A DNA stretch of 51,963 nt from Acidobacteriota bacterium (lineage in GTDB: Bacteria; Acidobacteriota; Terriglobia; Bryobacterales; Bryobacteraceae): positions 1 through 51,963 of the forward strand of contig JBDTUY010000001.1 of the NCBI GenBank assembly GCA_040007495.1. Direction: 5' to 3'. The notes beneath the pieces are model-generated. The model saw only the letters and a program-made list of their open reading frames with translations. It was not told where the DNA came from and made no database searches. Position numbers and translations under genes: made by a program. Within the stretch, counting starts at the first letter, position 1; each line of letters begins with the position of its first letter. This document shows, one piece after another, positions 8,280 through 16,046 of the stretch.

Positions 8280-9320
8280 GTGTTTATTGATGAAGTCATA
8301 ATTCGGGTCAAAGCCGGCGACGGCGGCAACGGAATTCTTGCGTTCCGGCGCGAGAAGTTCGTCCCCAAAGGCGGACCCAGCGGCGGCGACGGTGGCCGCG
8401 GCGGCACCGTGACCCTGGTCGGCAGCCAGCACTACAATACGCTGCTGCACTTACGATTCAACCCCGAACACACCGCCCAGCGCGGACGGCACGGCGAGGG
8501 CAGCAACAAAAAGGGTGCCGAAGGCTACTCGGTCGACGTCGCCGTGCCGGTTGGAACGGTCGTCTACGACGCTGAAACCGGCGACCTGCTCCACGATTTC
8601 ACGCAGAACGGTGATCGCTTTATCATCGCCAGAGGAGGACGAGGCGGACGCGGCAACGCGCGCTTTGCGTCATCGACCCATCAAGCGCCGGAAGAGCACG
8701 AAGATGGCAAACCGGGCCAGGAACGACGCCTCCGACTCGAACTGAAGCTTTTAGCCGACGTGGGTCTGGTCGGGTTCCCGAATGCCGGGAAGTCGACGCT
8801 GATCTCTCGGATCTCGGCCGCACGCCCCAAGGTGGCCGACTATCCGTTCACTACACTGGAACCGCATCTGGGTGTCGTAACCCTGAACAGCGGCGCATCC
8901 AGCGATGACTACCGCACATTTGTAGTTGCGGATCTTCCAGGCTTGATCGAGGGCGCACACGAAGGCCACGGCCTGGGCATCCAATTCCTGCGCCACATCG
9001 AACGCACCCGACTTCTTGCTCACTTGGTTGACGTTTCCGAAAGCACGGGCCGCGACCCGGTGAAGGATTTTAAGATCATCCTCAAGGAACTGGCCGCGTT
9101 CAGCGCGGAACTTGCCGCCAAGCCGATGATCGTAGTCGCCACCAAGATCGACGCCGCGCAGGACCCAGCTCGTGTCAAAGCGCTCGAAAAGCACGCTAAG
9201 AAGATGAAGCTGCCGTTCTTCAAAATCTCCAGCGCGACCGGCGAGGGTATCGACGAACTAAAGCGCGGGATGGCGGAACTGGTGTTGGCTCCAATCACTG
9301 ACGAAGCTCCTATAGCATAG
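8280..9320 (+). CDS. obg: GTPase Obg/CgtA
   Basis: GTG start. [17 protein letters not shown] is the Obg fold N-terminus with Gly-rich repeats. G-domain motifs [18 protein letters not shown] and ATKID are present. The rplU-rpmA-obg order is conserved. Confidence 0.95.
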   Translation: MFIDEVIIRVKAGDGGNGILAFRREKFVPKGGPSGGDGGRGGTVTLVGSQHYNTLLHLRFNPEHTAQRGRHGEGSNKKGAEGYSVDVAVPVGTVVYDAETGDLLHDFTQNGDRFIIARGGRGGRGNARFASSTHQAPEEHEDGKPGQERRLRLELKLLADVGLVGFPNAGKSTLISRISAARPKVADYPFTTLEPHLGVVTLNSGASSDDYRTFVVADLPGLIEGAHEGHGLGIQFLRHIERTRLLAHLVDVSESTGRDPVKDFKIILKELAAFSAELAAKPMIVVATKIDAAQDPARVKALEKHAKKMKLPFFKISSATGEGIDELKRGMAELVLAPITDEAPIA

Positions 9321-9481
9321 GACCCGTGGGGTTCAACAGCTACCCGTTTGAAGCAAGCTCTGCCTTTCGACTCCTTGCGCTTGTGGCCAATTTCCGCAGT
9401 GCCGACGATCCTGGCATGATCAATTAAGGCGATGCCTCTAGTACGGCTTTCGCCTTGATCGAGCACAAGGAGCACGCGAGC

Positions 9482-9958
9482 ATGAAACCGAAGAACACGA
9501 TCTGCATTTGGTTCAACAAGGATGCGCTTGAGGCGGCGAGCTTCTATGCCGCTACCTTCCCGGATAGTAAAGTAACTGGGGTCCACAATGCGCCCAGTGA
9601 CTATCCGAGCGGCAAACAGGGCGATGTCCTGACCGTGGAGTTCACTGTCCTCGGCATTCCCTGCCTCGGCCTTAACGGCGGACCGGCATTCAAGCACACC
9701 GAGGCTTTTTCCTTCCAGATCGCGACGGACGATCAGGAAGAGACCGATCACTACTGGAACGCGATTGTCGGCAATGGCGGCGCGGAAAGCGAATGCGGAT
9801 GGTGCAAGGACCGCTGGGGCCTCTCCTGGCAGATCACCCCGCGGACGTTAATGGATGCGCTTGATGTGGGCGGAGCTGAGGCCAAGCGAGCCTTCGAGTC
9901 GATGATGACGATGAAGAAGATCGACGTCGCGGCCATCGAATCAGCACGCCGAGGTTGA
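9482..9958 (+). CDS. VOC-superfamily protein, PhnB / 3-demethylubiquinone-9 3-methyltransferase-like domain (PF06983 type)
   Basis: Start chosen at ATG 9482 (AAGGAG lies 9 nt upstream) inside ORF 9455..9958. MKPKNTICIWFNKDALEAASFY..VLTVEFTVLGIPCLGLNGGPAFKHTEAFSFQI..DHYWNAI..CGWCKDRWGLSWQITP matches this family's conserved blocks. Confidence 0.8.
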   Translation: MKPKNTICIWFNKDALEAASFYAATFPDSKVTGVHNAPSDYPSGKQGDVLTVEFTVLGIPCLGLNGGPAFKHTEAFSFQIATDDQEETDHYWNAIVGNGGAESECGWCKDRWGLSWQITPRTLMDALDVGGAEAKRAFESMMTMKKIDVAAIESARRG

Positions 9959-10017
9959 CGGGAATAGTGCACCTAGGCGGCTCTGCCAACGTTTTATGAA
10001 TGCCCAGGAGGAGCTGA

Positions 10018-10757
10018 ATGAATCGGTTTGGTCAGGCGATTATCACCGCTGTTTTCTTACTCTTTCCGTGTGTGGGAGGCGCGCAGCCGAAACTGGCGTT
10101 CGAGGTAGTTTCCATCAAGCCGGTGCCCCGGCCGACACCTACGACCGTCCGAGACGGCACTTCTCGAATTGCCTTCAACATCGAAGCTGACCGTCTAGAG
10201 ATCACAGGGTACTCGCTGACTTCGGTCTTGACGCGAGCATTTCGAGTCGAGATCCCTCAAGTCGATATGCACGCTTCCAATGTCACCCAGAGTTTCGAAA
10301 TACTGGCGAAGCTTCCGGAAGGAGCCACGCGAGTGCAGGTACCAGAAATGCTTCAAACGATGCTTAAGGAGAGGTTTAAGCTTTCCTACCACCGCGAGAA
10401 CCGCGAATACGAGGTGACCGTTGTGACGGTCGGGAAGAGTGGTATGAAATTGCAGCGCCTCCCCAACGGCACCAAACCGACGTCCACATCCAAGAACCTC
10501 GGCGGGGATATCACCCGATCTACCCTGACCGGCAACTTGTCCAGTTTGTTTCCTGTGATGAAACGGGGCTGGAGGAGGGAATGTACACCTGGGTTCAGGA
10601 TCAGGCTCCATCCGCTGAAGGCGTTACGTTTGAAGACAGCTTGCGAGAATCCTTCCAAATCATGATCGACGCAGCTGGCTTGAAGTTGGAGGTACGCAAG
10701 ATGTTTAAGGAAACGATCGTCGTCGACCATTTGGAAGCAATGCCGACGGAGAACTGA
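10018..10757 (+). pseudogene. TIGR03435-family (soil-associated secreted) protein disrupted by a 1-nt frameshift
   Basis: ORF 10018..10665 parallels the intact paralogue at 28838..29653 up to ..LTGNLSSLFPV and then diverges. Changing frame at ~10557/10558 (GTG|AT where GTGGAT is expected) restores PV-DETGLEEGMYTWVQDQ..IDAAGLKLEVRKMFKETIVVDHLEAMPTEN-stop (10757), the family's canonical C-terminus. The span is 740 nt, not a multiple of 3. Confidence 0.7.
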
Positions 10758-11041
10758 CGGGATCGGCCGAGAATCGCCCCCTAAATCAACCGCCAAATTC
10801 CCTCGCTCCACCCCTTTCACCCCGTGCTACAGTAGTATGTTTGGCCTGTGTGCAGTTCCGCGTGGGTCCGGGTGGATCTTCTAGCTTAGATCCTGCCTTG
10901 GCTTAGTTGTTCGATAGCGGATTTTTTGGAAGCTGTGCACTGGACAAGAACCCTGCAATCGTTTCTAAAACCATTTGGAATCGGTAGCTAAGAACTGGAT
11001 TGGTGTCCCCTAGTTTTGGGGCGGTGGAGGATTGTCAAATA

Positions 11042-12193
11042 ATGTCTGATAAAGTGCGACATATATTCACGTCGGAATCGGTGAGCGAAGGCCACCCCGA
11101 TAAGATGGCGGACCAGATTTCTGACGCCGTATTGGACGCGATTCTCGCCGTCGATCCGACTGGCCGCGTAGCGTGCGAAACCCTGGTCACCACAGGGCTT
11201 TGCATCGTCTCCGGCGAAATTACGACCACGGCTGTATTGGACATCCCGAAGCTGGCCCGCGGTGTGATCGCCGACATCGGTTTCACGGATGCCAAGATGG
11301 GCTACGATGCCAAGACCTGCGGTATCGTCAATCTGATTCAGACTCAGTCACCCGACATCGCAATGGGCGTGGATACGGGCGGCGCGGGCGACCAGGGCCT
11401 GATGTTCGGCTACGCTTGCGACGAGACCGAAGAATTGATGCCCCTGCCGATCATGATGGCGCATAAGCTGGTGGAACAGCAGAGCAACATTCGCCGCACC
11501 GGCAAGCTCACCTACCTGCGCCCCGACGCCAAGAGCCAGGTCAGCGTGGAATACGATGGCGACAAGCCGGTTCGTATCGATGCCATTGTGATTTCCACTC
11601 AGCATGATGACGACGTGACCACCGAACAGTTGCGCGCCGACGTCAAGAAGCACGTGATTGACCCGATCATCCCTTCCGGCATGGTCGATTCCAACACCAA
11701 GTATCACATCAACCCGACCGGCCGCTTCGTCATTGGCGGACCGCACGGCGACACCGGCCTCACTGGCCGCAAGATCATCGTCGACACGTACGGCGGCATG
11801 GGCCGTCACGGCGGTGGCGCGTTCTCCGGCAAGGATCCCACAAAGGTCGACCGTTCGGCCTGCTACTTCGCCCGCTACATCGCGAAGAACCTAGTTGCTT
11901 CTGGCCTGGCGTCGCGCGTCGAAGTGCAGTTGGCCTACGCGATCGGCGTAGCTGAGCCGGTTTCGGTCGCGGTCAACGCGTTCGGCACCAGCAAGCTCTC
12001 CGAAGAGAAACTGGTCAGCATCGTGCGTGCGAACTTCGACATGACGCCGAAGGGCATGATCAATACCCTGAAGCTGCGCCGTCCGATCTTCCGTCCCACG
12101 TCGTTCTACGGCCACTTCGGCCGCACCGGCGAAGGCTTCACCTGGGAAGCGACGGACAAGGCCAACGATCTGAAGGCCGCTGGCGCTAAGTAG
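11042..12193 (+). CDS. metK: S-adenosylmethionine synthetase
   Basis: Start at ATG 11042 (GGAGG lies 11 nt upstream) within ORF 11000..12193. [45 protein letters not shown] and [16 protein letters not shown] are classical MetK motifs. Confidence 0.97.
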   Translation: MSDKVRHIFTSESVSEGHPDKMADQISDAVLDAILAVDPTGRVACETLVTTGLCIVSGEITTTAVLDIPKLARGVIADIGFTDAKMGYDAKTCGIVNLIQTQSPDIAMGVDTGGAGDQGLMFGYACDETEELMPLPIMMAHKLVEQQSNIRRTGKLTYLRPDAKSQVSVEYDGDKPVRIDAIVISTQHDDDVTTEQLRADVKKHVIDPIIPSGMVDSNTKYHINPTGRFVIGGPHGDTGLTGRKIIVDTYGGMGRHGGGAFSGKDPTKVDRSACYFARYIAKNLVASGLASRVEVQLAYAIGVAEPVSVAVNAFGTSKLSEEKLVSIVRANFDMTPKGMINTLKLRRPIFRPTSFYGHFGRTGEGFTWEATDKANDLKAAGAK

Positions 12194-12205
12194 AAGTAGT
12201 TGCAC

Positions 12206-12249
12206 TCGGCGGTACGGTTCCCACGTTATTCTGGGAACTGTACCGCCGA
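12206..12249 (+). terminator. Strong 18-bp hairpin after metK
   Basis: TCGGCGGTACGGTTCCCA (12206..12223) / TGGGAACTGTACCGCCGA (12232..12249) with one G.U pair and an 8-nt loop. It starts 13 nt after the metK stop. There is no clear U-tract. Confidence 0.65.
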
Positions 12250-12287
12250 ACTCATTTGTACGAACCCCCTCGTCCGCCGTTGATTTT

Positions 12288-13583
12288 TTGGAGACTCTAG
12301 CCGTGGCACTTATTGAAGGTTGCAAACATTCGCTTGACATCACGATCCCCGTGGAAGACATCGCCCAGGAGACTGAGCGGGTTGCCGCCAAAGTCCAGGC
12401 GAAGGTCCGCCTGCCGGGTTTCCGTCCGGGCAAGGCGCCCCTCAGCATCGTCAAGACGAAGTTTGCTTCTGAGATCCGCCAGGATGTAATCGAAGCGCTG
12501 TTGCCGAAGTTCTTTCACGCGGAAGCGGCCAAAGAAAATCTGCAAGTGGTCGGCCAGCCGAACGTGAAAGACCTCCACTTCCACGACAATGAGCCGCTGC
12601 ACTTCAAGGCCGAATTTGAAGTCGCCCCGGAAGTTGAATTGGGCGAATATCGCGGCGTCACCATCCACTACTCCGAGCCTGTAGTAAGCGAGGCGGACAT
12701 TCAAGAGCGTTTGGATAAAGTCCGCGAGCAGAAGGCCGAATACGTCAACGAGGAGCCGCGGGCTCTGGTCGATGGCGACTATGCCGTCGTATCGCTGGAA
12801 AGCCTGTCGGGCGTAGCGGAGAAGATTTCGCAGGATGAATTGATGCTGCAGATCGGCGACGAATCGACGCTATCGGCCTTCAGCGAGAATCTTCGCGGGG
12901 CCTCTCCGGACGATGCACGCGAGTTCGACATCACTTACCCGGAAGAGTACGACCGCAAGCATCTGGCCGGTCGCACTGTGAAATTCAAAGCCGTAGTAAA
13001 GGCCGTGCGCCGCAGGGAACTGCCGGAAGCCAATGACGAATTCGCGAAGGATCTGGGCGATTTCCAGACCATCGACGAATTCAAGGAAACGCTGCGTAAA
13101 GGCATCTTCCAGGAACGCGAGCAGAGTGCGCAGGAAGAAGCCAAGAACCAGATCCTGGATAGGTTGGTCGAGACTCACGACTTCGCGGTACCGGACGCCT
13201 ACGTGGACCGTCAGATCGAAATAACGGTGCAGAATCAGCTGCGCTCGCTGGCGGCGCAAGGCATCGACCCCAGCCAGTTGAAGCTGGACTGGGCCAAAGT
13301 TCGCGAAACCCAGAAGGACCGAGCTATCAAGGACGTCAAGGCCTCTCTGCTGCTCGACAAGATCGGCGAAAAAGAATCCATCGCGGCGACGCAGGACGAA
13401 GTCGACCAGGAAGTGCAGCGCATCGCCAAGCAGGAGCGTGAAACGCTTGCTCTGACGCGTGCGAAGCTGCAAAAGGACGGCACCATCGGCCGCATTGCCG
13501 GGCACATTCGCACGGAAAAGACCTTAGCGCTGTTGTTTGAACAAGCTCGCAAGGAAGCCGTCCCGCCGAAGACCGCCGAATAG
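12288..13583 (+). CDS. tig: Trigger factor
   Basis: ..SLDITIPVEDIAQETERVAAKVQAKVRLPGFRPGKAPLSIVKTKF aligns with the ribosome-binding N-domain (GFRxGKxP signature). The size is ~430 aa. The start is uncertain (TTG 12288 or GTG 12303). Confidence 0.92.
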   Translation: METLAVALIEGCKHSLDITIPVEDIAQETERVAAKVQAKVRLPGFRPGKAPLSIVKTKFASEIRQDVIEALLPKFFHAEAAKENLQVVGQPNVKDLHFHDNEPLHFKAEFEVAPEVELGEYRGVTIHYSEPVVSEADIQERLDKVREQKAEYVNEEPRALVDGDYAVVSLESLSGVAEKISQDELMLQIGDESTLSAFSENLRGASPDDAREFDITYPEEYDRKHLAGRTVKFKAVVKAVRRRELPEANDEFAKDLGDFQTIDEFKETLRKGIFQEREQSAQEEAKNQILDRLVETHDFAVPDAYVDRQIEITVQNQLRSLAAQGIDPSQLKLDWAKVRETQKDRAIKDVKASLLLDKIGEKESIAATQDEVDQEVQRIAKQERETLALTRAKLQKDGTIGRIAGHIRTEKTLALLFEQARKEAVPPKTAE

Positions 13584-13594
13584 TTCTCCGCCAG

Positions 13595-14962
13595 ATGCGG
13601 TGCATGCTGTACCGTGGAGGGATGCGGGTCGGCATAGCTTTGGCTTTTCTTGTGATCGTCGGGTGGGCGCAAGCCCCGGCAAAGCTCCCGCAGTCCGAAC
13701 TCGATTCCTTCGAAAAAGTCTGGACCACCATCCGCAATTCGCACTGGGAAGCCAAGCCAGGGGGGCTCGATTGGGATGCGATTCATGCCGAGTTTCGTCC
13801 TCGGGTGGAACGCGCCGCGACCCCGGAACAGGCTCGCGCGATTACGCAGGAGATGCTGGCCCGTCTTCAGCAAACCCATTTCGGCATTGTCCCAGCGGCG
13901 GTTTATTCGGCAGCATATGAGGCTCCCGACTCGACTACTACAAGTTCTGGAGTAACTGGTATCGACCTCAGAGTGCTGGATGGCGACGCAGTCGTCACTT
14001 CGGTCGACCCTGGATCGCCAGCCGAATACGCGGGCGTGCGTCCAGGTTGGATCATCGCGAGCATAGGAGGCATATCTATCAAACCTCTGATTAAGGCAGC
14101 GCAATCCGGACCGTCGAATAAATCCTCCAATCTGCAAGAACTGTATTTGACCCGATCTCTGCTGGCTCGATTGACGGAACCCTCAGCAAACGGACGCGAG
14201 ACGATTTTCATAGATGGCTCTGGAAAATCCATTCCCTTGAAGCTCGAATTGGCCAAGCCCAGAGGCCAGCTCGCGACGTTGGGCAATCTTCCCGCAAGCC
14301 CGGTATGGTTTGAAGATCGTGCTCTTAAGACGTCTGGGGAAGCCTTTGTCGAATACCTGCATTTCAACGAATTCCTGGACATCCCCCGGTTGATGCCTGC
14401 GTTTCAGAAGAGTGTTCAGGCGTGTCTGCCCAAAGCGTCCACAGCGTGCCACGGCCTGATCATCGACCTTCGCGGCAACCCCGGCGGGATCGGCGCCATG
14501 GCGATGGGTATGGCTGGCTTTCTGGTGGATCAGCCGAATCAAAAGCTCGGCACCATGTATATGCGGGACGCGACGCTTAACTTCGTCGTCAATCCGAGGG
14601 CCGATGTCTATACTGGACCAGTCGCCATCCTGATCGATGCCACCTCAGCCTCCACATCCGAGATATTCGCAGGCGGCTTACAGGATTTGCATCGGGCCAG
14701 GGTGTTCGGAGCGCATAGCGCGGCGGCCGCTCTGCCGTCGGTCTTTGAACGTCTGCCAAATGGCGACGGATTTCAGTACGCGGTCGCAAACTACATCTCG
14801 CAAGGCGGCAAGCCGTTGGAGGGCCTCGGCGTGACTCCTGACGAAGAGGTTCGCTTGACGCGCAAAGGCTTGCTGGCCGGACACGACGACGTGATCGACG
14901 CTGCGATCCGTTGGATCGAAACCACCCAGGCCGCAGCCCCTGCTAAAAGGACCGCAAAATGA
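13595..14962 (+). CDS. S41-family peptidase (C-terminal processing/tail-specific type) with PDZ domain
   Basis: Signal peptide MRVGIALAFLVIVGWAQA (alternative start 13622). PDZ-like GIDLRVLDGDAVVTSVDPGSPAEYAGVRPGWIIASIGG. S41 core LIIDLRGNPGG..PVAILIDATSASTSEIFAGGLQD. Confidence 0.85.
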   Translation: MRCMLYRGGMRVGIALAFLVIVGWAQAPAKLPQSELDSFEKVWTTIRNSHWEAKPGGLDWDAIHAEFRPRVERAATPEQARAITQEMLARLQQTHFGIVPAAVYSAAYEAPDSTTTSSGVTGIDLRVLDGDAVVTSVDPGSPAEYAGVRPGWIIASIGGISIKPLIKAAQSGPSNKSSNLQELYLTRSLLARLTEPSANGRETIFIDGSGKSIPLKLELAKPRGQLATLGNLPASPVWFEDRALKTSGEAFVEYLHFNEFLDIPRLMPAFQKSVQACLPKASTACHGLIIDLRGNPGGIGAMAMGMAGFLVDQPNQKLGTMYMRDATLNFVVNPRADVYTGPVAILIDATSASTSEIFAGGLQDLHRARVFGAHSAAAALPSVFERLPNGDGFQYAVANYISQGGKPLEGLGVTPDEEVRLTRKGLLAGHDDVIDAAIRWIETTQAAAPAKRTAK

Positions 14963-15744
14963 CGATGGCAAAACGTATGCCTAGGCGAACACTCTTGACT
15001 GGTGTTGCGGTTGCGATCCTCTACTGCATCAGTACCCTCGCGGCCTTCGCCGCTGACCCGCCAACAGCCGAAGCAATCTTGGACCGCTACGTGGAGGTAA
15101 CGGGCGGCAAGCAGGCCTATCAAGCCCGCAAGAGCGAAATCATGCACGGAACCCTCAGCTATCCGGCGCAAGGCATCAGCGGCGCGGTCGTGCGCTACGA
15201 AGTGGAGTCCGGTCTACACTACACCTCGGTTACGATCCCCGGTCTGGGTGCGATTGAGGAGGGCATTAAGGACGGCGTCGCATGGGAGCGAACGGACCTG
15301 TTGGGCGCGCGCATCAAAGATGGGGCCGAGCGTGGCCAGGCCTTGCGCGACGGAGCGCTAAATGCAACCGCGCAGTGGCGGGACCTTTTCCCGAAAATTA
15401 AGCTAGCGGGCACGGAGGCGGTGAACGGCGAAGAATGCTACAAGGTCGTATTAACCCCCGCCGATGGCTCCGCGGAAACGATGTTTTTTTCCGTCAAGAC
15501 CGGGCTCGCGCTTAAGGCCATCCTGGTCGCGAATTCACAAATGGGGGATGTCCCAGTCGAGGTCTTGATGTCCGATTACAAACCCTTCGGAGGCATTTTG
15601 GAAGCGACAAAGGTCTCGCAGAAAGCCGCTGGCCAAGACTTTGTAATCACAATCCAGAGCCTGGAGACCAATGTGGAGATTCCTACGTCACGCTTTGATT
15701 TCCCACCCGACGTGCAGGCCATCCTGCAAAAGTTACGCAAGTAA
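14959..15744 (+). CDS. Secreted LolA-like (outer-membrane lipoprotein-sorting-like) domain protein
   Basis: ATGA overlap with the S41 stop. Signal peptide ..LLTGVAVAILYCISTLAAFAA/D. The pattern AEAILDRYVEVTGGKQAY..GVAWERTD..GEECYKVVLTP..SDYKPFGGIL..NVEIPTSRFDFP is what I associate with LolA_like/DUF-type half-barrel proteins. The function is not established. Confidence 0.5.
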   Translation: MTMAKRMPRRTLLTGVAVAILYCISTLAAFAADPPTAEAILDRYVEVTGGKQAYQARKSEIMHGTLSYPAQGISGAVVRYEVESGLHYTSVTIPGLGAIEEGIKDGVAWERTDLLGARIKDGAERGQALRDGALNATAQWRDLFPKIKLAGTEAVNGEECYKVVLTPADGSAETMFFSVKTGLALKAILVANSQMGDVPVEVLMSDYKPFGGILEATKVSQKAAGQDFVITIQSLETNVEIPTSRFDFPPDVQAILQKLRK

Positions 15745-15773
15745 CTTTTTGCATGCAGTTTAACTGCAGGCGA

Positions 15774-15980
15774 CTAAATTTCGCCTTCAGGAGCAGCAGA
15801 TCTAAGGAAAAGCCTGGTGCGGCAGCTACGGCAACGGTGCGGCCAACGTCCCACCATTCGATAGAGAGTCGCTAATAACCCATCATCCTTGCCGCGTCGA
15901 ATGTCGGAGGAGCCACACTTCGGACACAGCACCCGAGATGCCTCGGCCTTGCTCACGTCCTTCTCCTTCTGTTCTCGCAT
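15774..15980 (-). CDS. Small zinc-ribbon protein (CxxC..CxxC)
   Basis: Start taken at the internal Met of ORF 15774..16013. MREQKEKD..VLCPKCGSSDIRRGKDDGLLATLYRMVGRWPHRCRSCRTRLF has two CxxC pairs with a spacing typical of short N-terminal zinc ribbons. It lies 66 nt downstream of the M16 gene on the same strand. Confidence 0.45.
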   Translation of the reverse strand: MREQKEKDVSKAEASRVLCPKCGSSDIRRGKDDGLLATLYRMVGRWPHRCRSCRTRLFLRSAAPEGEI

Positions 15981-16046
15981 GTATCCCGTAGACAGACGTA
16001 TGCAGAATAGCACGTCTGGCCGACACTCAGGGGGGTACCTGCCACC

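Noticed and set aside
9020-9751. 243-aa minus-strand ORF spanning the obg 3' end and the VOC gene 5' end
   Set aside because: It is antisense to two genes with unmistakable family motifs. The product is Arg/Ser/Ala-rich, low in complexity and has no recognisable motif, which is typical of shadow ORFs in GC-rich DNA.
10758-11041. Calling a SAM-I or SAM-II riboswitch upstream of metK
   Set aside because: I could not find the SAM-I core (kink-turn/GAGGGA..GCAACC-type blocks) or a convincing SAM-II/V pseudoknot (U-rich loop plus AAAGCU 3' strand). It is left as an unassigned leader in the findings.
13235-14137. 300-aa minus-strand ORF across the tig / S41 junction (with similar shadows at 12870..13505, 21627..22364, 45677..46243, 50399..51025, 29168..29854 and 37639..38286)
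   Set aside because: All lie antisense to confidently identified genes and have no motifs or signal features. Their length is explained by stop-codon depletion opposite GC-rich coding frames.
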